From Nemertoderma westbladi (lineage: Eukaryota; Animalia; Xenacoelomorpha): a stretch of DNA of 45,677 nucleotides. Made by a program: the position numbers and the translations under genes. The stretch lies in NCBI GenBank assembly GCA_032718475.1, contig JAUCBJ010007693.1:1-45677 (forward strand). The letters are read 5' to 3'. Below, in pieces: positions 11,971 through 23,623 of this stretch; positions within the stretch are counted from its first letter, which is position 1, and each line of letters starts with the position of its first letter. The notes beneath the pieces are model-generated. The model did no database searches. It was not told the DNA's origin and saw only the letters and a program-made list of their open reading frames with translations.

Positions 11971-14900
11971 TGTTTTGTTTAAATTCTGTATTTGAACTGT
12001 CTTAGAAGAGTTTATCCTGTGGTAAATTAGAAGTGTGCTTTGGGATTTTGGAAGTTACTAAACTATTATTTCTAGGCTTAGATTGTATATTTGGTACCAA
12101 TTACTTATCTAATTTGCCCATTGGGATTTCAGTAAAATTTATCGCATTTAATTTATATATCAAATATCAAATATCAAATTTATAGCACAGGCAGGTTAAC
12201 GTGTTAACGTGTTACTGTCTTTATTTTAATTTGTCTACAACAATTATTAGTTACAATAATATCATATATGATGTAAACTACATGCACAGGGTCAATTTAT
12301 GTACATTTTATTAATTTTTCATTGATTCACAGCTTATTGCACTAATATAATAAAATTATTCTAGAACATCACAAATTCAATCCCCATTCTTTTATACCCT
12401 TTGTATTGTATGGCTGCTGTATTGGATTATGCTAATCTATGCTAATTATCAATAAAATATATTTCTCAACACATATTTTTTGGATCTTGATATTTTTGGA
12501 TTTTGGATCATAATCCAGACAACAATGAAGAATATTATGAATAACGAAGATGGCGATTCATTAAACATATAATATATATTATTAGTATTAATTGTGTATG
12601 TATGAATATTATTATATTATTAGTATTAATTGTGTATGTATGAATATTATTATATTATTAGTATTAATTTAAAAAATACTACCTATCATAAAAAACATAT
12701 CTATCTATTGTTAAAATCTTTCTTGAGGTTTTCTATATTGATTAGGGTGATTCTTAAGTTGATTGTTATTAATATTGCGATCCTTTATTTTAGTTATATT
12801 TGGCTATCATACAAATACATGAATGAATTATTAACAATAATTATAATAATAATTATGCCTTCTCTATTTTGTCAGATTATGTAAAGTCCATTGAGCAAGT
12901 GATTTAGAACATTCCATAAAGTTATATAATTAAATTTGCCTCATATTGGGTCGCCTAAGGTTTTCCTTGGTTAATGGTAATTTCTTTGCAGTAACGATAT
13001 CGGGGAATTGCAGGATGATTACTGCAGCCCAGTGCATTCTCACAATGTTTTATAAGCAGATTACCATTAGTAAGTGTTGGCAGATTGCAGGTATTCGGTA
13101 GTCAGTCACTTTGATATAAATATAATAGGTTACTGAGATTTGAATTTGTATCTATCACATACGAAATTGTTAGAGGCTGTGTGGAGGAGAGTTTATAAGA
13201 TTTATAATAAAGGTAGTAAGTAGTGAAGAGGGGGTTGCTCCATTAGTGAATGGTGGCAGTGTCTTGCCCCAGTGGATATCCAATGTTAGTATGCAGTGCA
13301 TCAAAATTTTATTGTGTGACTAGTTCACAATAATATGATTACTTAATACTCCTACCCAATTTAGCAATACAAGCCTAGCGAGCTAAGATGAATCCCTTTC
13401 AAATCAATTGAAAAACGCCCTTTTGACTGAGGTATTTAATGAGGCATTCAAGGCGATTATTGATTAATTGATTTCCCTTTTTTTTTTTTTTTTTTCATAA
13501 TATGGGGTAAAATTTCTCAAGCAATTGTAATTATCAGATTAGAGGCAGTCACTGCCTAAGTTTTTGGCTGATAATAGGGCTTGCATAAGCGTTGAAAGGA
13601 AATGCATAAACTAAGCGCGGCTCTCTACTGTACGAGGACCAAACAAAAGTAGACTACCTACAAATAAATAAATACTCATAAATATGGCAATTTATAAGAG
13701 CACCAATTAAACTCAGATTGTACATAAAAGTTACACTTGAGGGAGCATCCTGAGTTGCACTTGAGGATGCTTTTAAGGGTCATCATTCCCTCTCCTTTTT
13801 TGTAATATATTTCTTTAATTTGTTTTTGGAAGACCGAAAGTGATTCTGTTTGTCTGCAGATTCAGCTGGCTGTGCGCTCCAACCAGAAAATTGGAGGGGG
13901 AGCCAATTTACCAATATTGGCCGGAAGTGACATATATACCAGGAGAAAGGATATATGATGTGGTTAGAGTAAGGAAAGCTATTAGTTGGACCAATCAGAA
14001 TCAGTCCACCTACAGTGACCCAGGGGCCAACATTCATAGCTCAAGGGTATAGCCAAGTGGTGTGATCTGTAGAGTGATCAATGGGAGGAGGGCACTTGCA
14101 TCAACCCCTAGGCTACCATTGGTACATTGACCTAATGGAAGCAATTTTGTTGGTTATTAGGAACCGAGAGGTTCATTACTGTAAGAATTGCTCGTGGCTG
14201 GCTGGCTGGCTGGCTGGCTAATCTATAGCCAAAACTACTCTAACGATTTTGATGAAATTTTCACAGCGGCTAGATACCGCGATTCTAAGGTCCCTGGTAT
14301 GTTCCGCTATTTCGTCCATGAGCCGTGGGCTCGAAAAATAGACATAAACGAAAAAACGCCATAGGCGCAATGATAAAAACACCAGCTGGCACTCATGAAA
14401 AATGGATAGAGATGGCCTAGTAATGCTATTCTATAGGAATGGCCACCTAACAAGGAAATGCTTTCTGTGCCAAGTATTATCCTCACTCTACAACTCAGAC
14501 AGTAAGCAAACAAAAGCCGTGGGATTCTAATGTATTACATCATAAGCTGATTGCTCTCCCAATAGCCCTCACACACTCACTGAATCGAATGAAATCCTAT
14601 ATCTATTAGCTTAATGCGAATAGCTGGTAAGCTGAATGCCATTTTAGTTATTGTGTACTGTTGATTGCAGAGTTGACTGCTATGTTGTATGTATTTAATT
14701 AAAATAATTTTCGATTTTCGATCGAAGTTAATTTGGGATTACTTTCTATCAGATGTAAGCAAAGCTGTTCAATGGGGTGGGTCATGGGACCCAAATATAG
14801 TACATTATGCATGGCAAACATTAATAAAATCATTCAGTCAACCTGGAGGGTATTTGCTTCGTTAACTCTACTGTGCGAAAAACGAATTCATAATGTTACC

Positions 14901-15002
14901 CATACTTCAGGTGAATGAATTTTTAGATATTTGTACTGAAGGCAAGGATTTCTGATATAATTAAAATACAAGATAGGGGCTTGTTTCGATATATGTAGTT
15001 GC

Positions 15003-15236
15003 GCCCTTCTAGCAGCACGTGAGATAATCAAATAATAGACACAATGCTTGACTTTGTCCCTTCGAGCAGCACGTGAGTTTTGCTTTGACCCTTCGATATA
15101 TGTATTTGCACCCTTCGAGCAGCACGTGAATTACATCAAATAATATACACATTGTTTGACTTTGTCCCTTCGAGCAGCACGTGAGTTTTGCTTTGACCCT
15201 TCGATATATGTATTTGCGCCCTTCGAGCAGCACGGG
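15003..15236. repeat. 54-bp-period repeat with CCCTTCGAGCAGCACGTG core inside E1
   Basis: CACGTG at 15016, 15070, 15124 and 15178; variant CACGGG at 15231. Confidence 0.9.
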
Positions 15237-15249
15237 GAGTCTACTCAGA

Positions 15250-15625
15250 CCGAGCCGAGCCGAGCTGAGCCAAGCCAAGCCAGCCGAGCCGAGCCGAGCC
15301 AGAGCCGAGCCGAGCCGAGCCGAGCCGAGCCGAGCCGAGCCGAGCCGAGCCGAGCCGAGCCGAGCCGAGCCGAGCCGAGCCGAGCCGAGCCGAGCCGAGC
15401 CGAGCCGAGCCGAGCCGAGCCGAGCCGAGCCGAGCCGAGCCGAGCCGAGCCGAGCCGAGCCGAGCCGAGCCGAGCCGAACCGAGCCGAACCGAGCCGAGC
15501 CGAACCGAACCGAGCCGAGCCGAGCCGAGCCAAGCCGAGCCGAGCCGAACCGAGCCAAGCCGAACCGAGCCGAGCCGAGCCGAACCGAGCCGAGCCGAAC
15601 CGAGCCGAGCCGAGCCGATCAAGCC
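15250..15625. repeat. (GAGCC)n pentanucleotide microsatellite inside E1
   Basis: Long near-pure CGAGC run, which explains the ARLGS/AEPSR spurious ORFs. Confidence 0.98.
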
Positions 15626-15733
15626 AAGTCGAACTTAATCGTGCCCAATCGTGCACGACCGAGCCGAGCTCGTTGTCTCTTTTATTTGAAATAAAAAGTC
15701 GGTTCCTTATCGGGCCGCTAGGCCCGTCACTAG

Positions 15734-17232
15734 TTAGGAACCGAGAGGTTCATTACTGTAAGAATTGTTGGCTGATTGACTGGCTGGCTGGCTGGCTGGC
15801 TAATCTATAGCCAAAACTACTCTAACGATTTTGATGAAATTTTCACAGCGGCTGGATACCGCGATTCTAAGGTCCCTGGTATGTTCCGCTATTTCGTCCA
15901 TGAGCCGTGGGCTCGAAAAATAGACATAAACGAAAAAACGCCATAGGCGCAATGGTAAAATAGCACCAATAACAGCTGGTGTCGTGATGAAAAATGGCTT
16001 ATGTAATGCATTTCTACAGAAGGCTTAGTAATAAATCGATGAGGTTGCCAAGATTATTATACTCAGTACACCCATACTGTTTGTATAGGCCACCACTCTC
16101 TGTCAAAGCAAACATTATTAACTGGTTGGTTTAGTTTGAAATCTAATATCGCCTCAGCTGAATTACTCTTCCCAATGCAATCTATGGGAATATCTCACTC
16201 TGCTAATGTAAGCTGAATGACTGTTACGTACACAGTGAGTTGGCTACATTAATGCCAACATTATTGCAAAATGTTTTATTGTTGGATTACTCTCTGTCAG
16301 TCACCCCTTCAGAACATTGTATAGGGAATTTACTTTAGTTTACTCTACTGTGCCATTCAGCTGAATGGATTTGAGCGATTGCCAAGTTACAGAGTTGGAT
16401 CATTCTCTGACCATAGGCAAAGACATCAAATCTTTTTAAAAATATACTTTTTCCATGTTTTTTTTTCTGACCAAAAATTTCAAAAAAAAATTTTTCGTAG
16501 CCAGTACTGCCAATCGATTCGCCATCAAAAATAACGCAAAAAATTTTTTTTGCAAAATTTTAAATTACTGTAAATTTTTGGCGACTGGGGGGGGGTCAAT
16601 TTTTTTCGATCCGCTATAACTCCGGAACGCCTTGTCCAAATTCGATGGGGTTTTCATTTTTCAACTTAATTCGATGTCCTCTTTCAGCCTATCCATGTTT
16701 CGAAACCCCAAACAGCGCCGTTCAAAAATTAATTTTTTCTAGTTCTAGAATTTTACAAATTTCAAAAAAGTTGCAGTATTTTATTAACGCCTTTACGGAA
16801 TTCGATAGCGTTTTCGATTTTTATATTAAACGCAATATCCTGAATCTCACTAGCCTAGTTTCGCGTCACCAATGCCAAGACTTCATACTTTTTGAGGAAA
16901 ATTTTTCTAGAATAATTTTTATTTAATTACATTTATCGCGATTTCTTATTACTGATTGCACATGAATTGATGGAGTTTTCAATTTATTAACTAAACACGA
17001 TATTGCGCATCGCACCAGCGTGGTTTCGAAATTCCAAAACGAGGTCTTCACTAGTTGCAGGGCGATTTTGTTCTAGAATTGAGCAACTAATAATGGATCG
17101 AATTTATTAATAATTATTGTATGAAATATGATTGTATTTTTAGAAAATTATTAGTTCTATACTAATTCTCGTTGTCTCTTTTATTTAAAATAAAAAGTCG
17201 GTTCCTTATCGGGCCGCTAGGCCCGTCACTAG
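15734..17232 (+). mobile_element. Helitron2/Helentron-type element E2 (subfamily A2, ~1.5 kb)
   Basis: Same termini as E1 but a different internal body; near-identical to E3 and E4. Confidence 0.85.
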
Positions 17233-20223
17233 TTAGGAACCGAGAGGTTCATTAGGAACCGAGAGGTTCATTACTGTAAGAATTGTTTGCTGATTGATTG
17301 ATTGACTGGCTGGCTGATCTACAGCCAAAACTACTCTAACGATTTTGATGAAATTTTCACAGCGGCTAGATACCGCGATTCTAAGGTCCCTGGTATGTTC
17401 CGCTATTTCGTCCATGAGCCGTGGGCTCGAAAAATAGACATAAACGAAAAAACGCCATAGGCGCAATGGTAAAATAACACCAATAACAGCTGGTGTCGTG
17501 ATGAAAAATGGCTTATGTAATGGATTTCTACACAAGGCTTAGTATAAATCGATGAGGTTGCCAAGATTATTGTACTCAGTACACCCCTACTGTTTGTTTA
17601 GGCCCTAGGACACTCTGTCAAAGCAAATATTAACTGGTTGATTTAGTTTGAAATCTATTATCGCCTCAGCTGAATTACTCTTCCCAATGCATTCTATGGG
17701 AATATCTCACTCTGCTAATGCAAGCTGAATGACTGTTACGTACACAGTGAGTTGGCTACATTAATGCCAACATTATTGCAAAATGTTTTATTGTTGGATT
17801 ACTCTCTGTCAGTCACCCCTTCAGAACATTGTATAGGGAATTTACTTTAGTTTACTCTACTGTGCCATTCAGCTGAATGGATTTGAGCGATTGCCAAGTT
17901 ACAGAGTTGGATCATTCTCTGACTATAGGCAAAGACATCAAATCTTTTTAAAACGATACTTTTTCCATGTTTTTTTTTCTGACCAAAAATTTCAAAAAAA
18001 ATTTTTTCGTAGCCAGTACTGCCAATCGATTCGCCATCAAAAATAACGCAAAAAATTTTTTTTGCAAAATTTTAAATTACTGTAAATTTTTGGCGACTGG
18101 GGGGGGGTCAATTTTTTTCGATCCGCTATAGCTCCGGAACGCTTTGTCCAAATTCGATGGGGTTTTCATTTTTCAACTTAATTCGATGTCCTCTTTCAGC
18201 CTATCCATGTTTTGAAAACCCAAACAGCGCCGTTCAAAAATTAATTTTTTCTAGTTCTAGAATTTTACAAATTTCAAAAAAGTTGCAGTATTTTATTAAC
18301 GCCTTTACGGAATTCGATATCGTTTTCGATTTTTATATTAAACGCAATATCCTGAATCTCACTAGCCTAGTTTCGCGTCACCAATGCCAAGACTTCATAC
18401 TTTTTGAGAAAAATTTTTCTAGAATAATTTTTATTTAATTACATTTATCGCGATTTCTTATTACTGGTTGCACATGAATTGATGGAGTTTTCGATTTATT
18501 AACTAAACACGATATCGCGCATCGCACCAGCGTGGTTTCGAAATTCCAAAACGAGGTCTTCACTAGTTGCAGGTCGATTTTGTTCTAGAATTGAGCAACT
18601 AATAATAGATCGAATTTATTAATAATTATTGTATGAAATATGATTGTATTTTTACATAATTATTAGTTCTATACTAATTCTCGTTGTCTCTTTTATTTAA
18701 AATAAAAAGTCGGTTCCTTATCGGGCCGCTAGGCCCGTCACTAGTTACTGTAAGAATTGCTCGTGACTGACTGACTGACTGGCTGGCTGGCTGATCTACA
18801 ACCAAAACTACTCTAACGATTTTGATGAAATTTTCACAGCGGCTAGATACCGCGATTCTAAGGTCCCTGGCATGATCGGCTACTCCGTCCATAGCCTCTG
18901 GGCTCGAAAAATAGAGAACGAAAAAACGCCATAGGCGCAATAGTAAAATAACACCAATGACAGCTGGTGTCCTGATGAAAAATGGCTTATGTAATGCATT
19001 TCTACACAAGGCTTAGTAATAAATCGATGAGGTTGCCAAGATTATTATACTCAGTACACCCATACTGTTTGTATAGGCCACCACTCTCTGTCAAAGCAAA
19101 CATTAACTTGTTGGTTTAGTTTGAAATCTAATATCGCCTCAGCTGAATTACTCTTCCCAATGCAATCTATGGGAATATCTCACTCTGCTAATGTAAGCTG
19201 AATGACTGTTAAGTACACAGTGAGTTGGCTACATTAATGCCAACATTATTGCAAAATGTTTTATTGTTGGATTACTCTCTGTCAGTCTCCCCTTCAGAAC
19301 ATTGTATAGGGAATTTACTTTAGTTTACTCTACTGTGCCATTCAGCTGAATGGATTTGAGCGATTGCCAAGTACAGAGTTGGATCATTCTCTGACCATAG
19401 GCAAAGACATCAAATCTTTTTTAAAATATACTTTTTCCATGTTTTTTTTCTGACCAAAAATTTCAAAAAAAAAATTTTTTGTAGCCAGTACTGCCAATCG
19501 ATTCGCCATCAAAAATAACGCAAAAATTTTTTTTTGCAAAATTTTAAATTACTGTAAATTTTTGGCGACTGGGGGGGGTCAATTTTTTTCGATTCGCTAT
19601 AACTCCGGAACGCTTTGTCCAAATTCGATGGGGTTTTCATTTTTCAACTTAATTCGATGTCCTCTTTCAGCCTATCCATGTTTCGAAACCCCAAACAACG
19701 CCGTTCAAAAATTATTTTTTTCTAGTTCTAGAATTTTACAAATTTCAAAAAAGTTGCAGTATTTTATTAACGCCTTTACGGAATTCGATAACGTTTTCGA
19801 TTTTTATATTAAACGCAATATCCTGAATCTCACTAGCCTAGTTTCGCGTCACCAATGCCAAGACTTCATACTTTTTGAGGAAAATTTTTCTAGAATAATA
19901 TTTATTTAATTACATTTATCGCGATTTCTTATTACTGGTTGCACATGAATTGATGGAGTTTTCAATTTATTAACTAAACACGATATCGCGCATCGCACCA
20001 GCGTGGTTTCGAAATTCTAAAACGAGGTCTTCACTAGTTGCAGGTCGATTTTGTTCTAGAATTGAGAAACTAATAATACTGTAGATCGAATTTATTAATA
20101 ATTATTGTATGAAATATGATTGTATTTCTAGATAATTATTAGTTCTATACTAATTCTCGTTGTCTCTTTTATTTAATAAAATAAAAAGTCGGTTCCTTAT
20201 CGGGCCGCTAGGCCCGTCACTAG
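17233..20223 (+). mobile_element. Helitron2/Helentron-type element E4 (subfamily A2), split into 17233-17251 and 18745-20223
   Basis: The body resumes at TTACTGTAAG (18745) and ends GGCCCGTCACTAG at 20223. Confidence 0.8.
17252..18744 (+). mobile_element. Helitron2/Helentron-type element E3 (subfamily A2), apparently nested in E4
   Basis: A complete copy, preceded by an extra 19-bp head (17233-17251) and followed by a copy lacking exactly those 19 bp. Confidence 0.8.
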
Positions 20224-22419
20224 TTAGGAACCGAGAGGTTCATTACTGTAAGAATTGTTAGCTGACTGGCTGACTGGCTGGCTGGCTAATCTATAGCCAA
20301 AACTACTCTAACGATTTTGATGAAATTTTCACAGCGGCTAGATATCGCGATTCTAAGGTCCCTGGTATGTTCCGCTATTTCGTCCATGAGCCGTGGGCTC
20401 GAAAAATAGACATAAACGAAAAAACGCCATAGGCGCAATGATAAAAACACCAGCTGGCACTCATGAAAAATGGATAGAGATAGCCTAGTAATGCTATTCT
20501 ATAGGAATGGCCACCTAACAAGGAAATGCTTTCTCTGCCAAGTATTATCCTCACTCTACAACTCAGACAGTAAGCAAACAAAAGCCATGGGATTCTAATG
20601 TATTACATCATAAGCTGATTGCTCTCCTAATAGCCCTCACACACTCACTGAATCCAATGAAATCGAATATCTATTAGCTTAATGCGAATAGCTGGTAAGC
20701 TGAATGCCATTTTAGTTATTGTGTAGGCCTACTACTGTTGACTGTAGAGTAGACTGCTATGTTGCATGTATTTAATTAAAATAATTTTCGTAGAGGGAAG
20801 TTAATTTAGGATTACTCTCTATCAGATGTAAGCAAAGCTGTTCAATGGGGTGGGTCATGGGACCCAAATATAGTGCATTATGCATGGCAACGATTTCTGA
20901 TATAATTAAAATACAAATTGATTTATTTTTATTTTATATCTATTTTATTGATAAAATAATAATATGATTTTACCGAATTTCATTTACCCCGTTGGGGAGT
21001 GTATATTATTATATTATTATTAAAATACAAGACAGGGGCTTGTTTCGATATATGTAGTTGCGCCCTTCGAGCAGCACGTGAGTTAATCAAATATTAGACA
21101 CAATGTTTGACTTTGTCCCTTCTAGCAGCACGTGAGTTTTGCTTTGACCCTTGATATATGATGTTGTGCCCTTCGAGCAGCACGTGAGTTACATCAAATA
21201 ATAGACACACTGTTTGACTTTGTCCCTTCGAGCAGCACGTGAGTTTGGCTTTGACCCTTCCAACAGCGTGTGTCAATTGAGCCGAATCATACTGATCCAG
21301 CCGAATAGAACCAATCGAGGCGATCAAGCCGAGTCGAGCCCAATTGAGCCGAGTCAAGCCGAACGGAGCCGAGTTGAGCCCAATCAAACCTAGTCGAGCC
21401 AGACTGAGGCGAGGCAAGCCCAATCGAGTCGAGTCGAGCCCAATAGAGCCGAGTCGAGCCCAATCAATCCTAGTCGAGCCTAATTGAGCCGGACCGAGCC
21501 AAGTCGAGCCCAATCGATCCAAACTGAGCCAAGTTGAGACAAATCGAGCCGAGTCAAGCCCAATCAATCCCAATCGAGCCGAGTCGAGCGGATTGAGCCC
21601 AATTGAGCCAAGTCGAGCCAGACCGAGCCGAGTCGAACCCAATCGAGCCGAATCGAGCTGAGTCGACTCAGACCGAGCCGAGCCGAGCCCAATTAAGCCG
21701 TGTCATGCCAAATTGAGCCGGACTGAGTCGAGTCGAGCCCAATCAAGCCGAGTCGAGCCCAATCGAATCGAGTCGAGCCCAATAGAGCCGATTCGAGCCC
21801 AATCAAGCCTAAGTCGAGCCCAATCGAGCCGAGTCGAGCGGATTGAGCCCAATTGAGCCAAGTCGAGCCAGACCGAGCCGAGTCGAACCCAATCGAGCCG
21901 AATTGAGCTGAGTCGACTCAGACCGAGCCGAGCCGAGCCCAATTAAGCCGTGTCACGCCAAATTGAGCCGGACTGAGTCGAGTCGAGCCCAATCAAGCCG
22001 AGTCGAGCCCAATCGAATCGAGTCGAGCCCAATAGAGCCGATTCGAGCCCAATCAAGCCTAAGTCGAGCCCAATCGAGCCGGACTGAGCCAAGTTGAGCC
22101 ACATCAAGCCCAATCAATCCCAATCGAGCCGATTCGAGCCCAATCGAGCCGAGTCCAGCCCAATCGAGCCAATTCGAGCCAAATCGAGCCGGACCGAGCC
22201 GAGTCGAACCCACTGACCCAATCAAGCCGATTGTGCCGAATTGAGATGTGTCAAGTCGAGTCCAATCAAGCCGAGTCTAGCCCAATCGAGCCAAACCGAG
22301 CCGATCAATCCAAGTCGAACTGAATCGAGCCCAATCGTGCCAGACAGAGCCGAGCTCATTGTTTCTTTTATTTGAAATAAAAAGTCGGTTCCTTATCGGG
22401 CCGCTAGGCCCGTCACTAG
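20224..22419 (+). mobile_element. Helitron2/Helentron-type element E5 (subfamily A1)
   Basis: Colinear with E1; its pentamer tract (~21278-22330) is degenerate and expanded. Confidence 0.85.
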
Positions 22420-23556
22420 TTAGCAAGTCGTTAGACTTGATTACTGTAAGAAAAAAAAGCTACTGGCTACTGGCTACTGGCTACTGACTACTGACCTAGA
22501 GCAAAAACGGCTCTAACGATTTTGATGAAATTTTGCATGGACCATGAAAATGGATTTCTAAGGGTACTTGTGAAATCGCGGTTTAAATTGAAACATCTCA
22601 ACTTGTTTTATTTCGAAAAATAGCCCCAAAACACTAAAATTGCCATAGGCGCAATGATAAAACACCAGCTGGCACTCATGAAAAATGTATAGAGATGGCC
22701 TGGTAATGCATTCAATAGGAAGGCCAACTAACAAAGAAGTACTTTCTCTGCCAAGTTTTATTATCACTCTACTATACAACCCAGACAGTAAACAAACATT
22801 AATTTGTTTAACTGGCTATTACAGTTTCAGCTGAATAACTCTTCCCAAAGCATCCTTGCTATGTTAATTAATTGGCGTGCAAGCTAAATGACTGTTAGTT
22901 ACACAGTGTGTTGGCTACACAGTGTATTGTAATATGCTCTCATCGCATTATTGTTTTATTTTGAAATCTTTGTGCCAACATTAATACTGTGGAGGCTGTA
23001 TGCTTATAAGGCTGAATATTTACTCAGCCTCAAAATGATTCTCCATAAGGCTAACATTATTGTTTGAAATATAAAAATCTGTTATAATAATAATATAATT
23101 GTTATATTTAATTAATATCGTGGTTTACATTGAACAGTGTAAATTGTTAATTGTGGTTTACATTGAAACATCTCAACTTGTTTTATTTATTACAAAAATA
23201 AGAACGAATTTGTCTTATCACTTCATGTGCGCGATTGTATTGAATTCATGACAACTGCTGTTGTTGTTATTAATCAATTGACACCTCGACTCCTCTCTGA
23301 GACTCCGACTACTCTATCCGATAGAATAAAATAATCATTTCGCTAACTGCTATCTATCTTCTATAATCACAACAGCTTTTATAATTCATTAGATGATTAC
23401 AACATAATAATTATAGTTTGAAGTTGTCTAGAAAAATGTTCGTACACCACCAGGACTACCCTCACACTAATTTATTATCAGACAGAACAAAAAGCTTTTA
23501 CTTGATTCGTACTGTCCCCTACGACTTGCTTCACGGGCCGCTAGGCCCGTCTCTAG
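22420..23556 (+). mobile_element. Helitron2/Helentron-type element E6 (subfamily B)
   Basis: 5' TTAGCAAGTCGTTAGACTTG; 3' ACGACTTGCT + CGGGCCGCTAGGCCCG + TCTCTAG. Confidence 0.85.
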
Positions 23557-23623
23557 TAAGGAGACCATACTCTGCATTAGACAGTCAGTTGCCATTTAAC
23601 AGCTATGGATTCTGCATTGTTTG

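Larger units (their letters stand above)
14157..15733 (+). mobile_element. Helitron2/Helentron-type element E1 (subfamily A1)
   Basis: 5' TTAGGAACCGAGAGGTTC, (GGCT)n, 54-bp repeats, (GAGCC)n, then 3' TCGGTTCCT + CGGGCC-GCTA-GGCCCG + TCACTAG. Confidence 0.85.

Noticed and set aside
12575-12670. Short AT-rich tandem duplication (also ~63-bp duplication at 3508-3630)
   Set aside because: Ordinary local slippage duplications with no further structure.
15009-15810. Long ARLGS/AEPSR repeat ORFs (also at 21094-22225)
   Set aside because: Stop-free translations of a pentanucleotide microsatellite in several frames on both strands.
16645-16926. 93-aa ORF repeated three times
   Set aside because: Lies within near-identical A2 copies, has no recognisable domain, and its conservation reflects recent duplication.
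14157-23556. Autonomous Helitron (Rep/helicase) gene
   Set aside because: No HUH or PIF1-like helicase ORF anywhere in the window.
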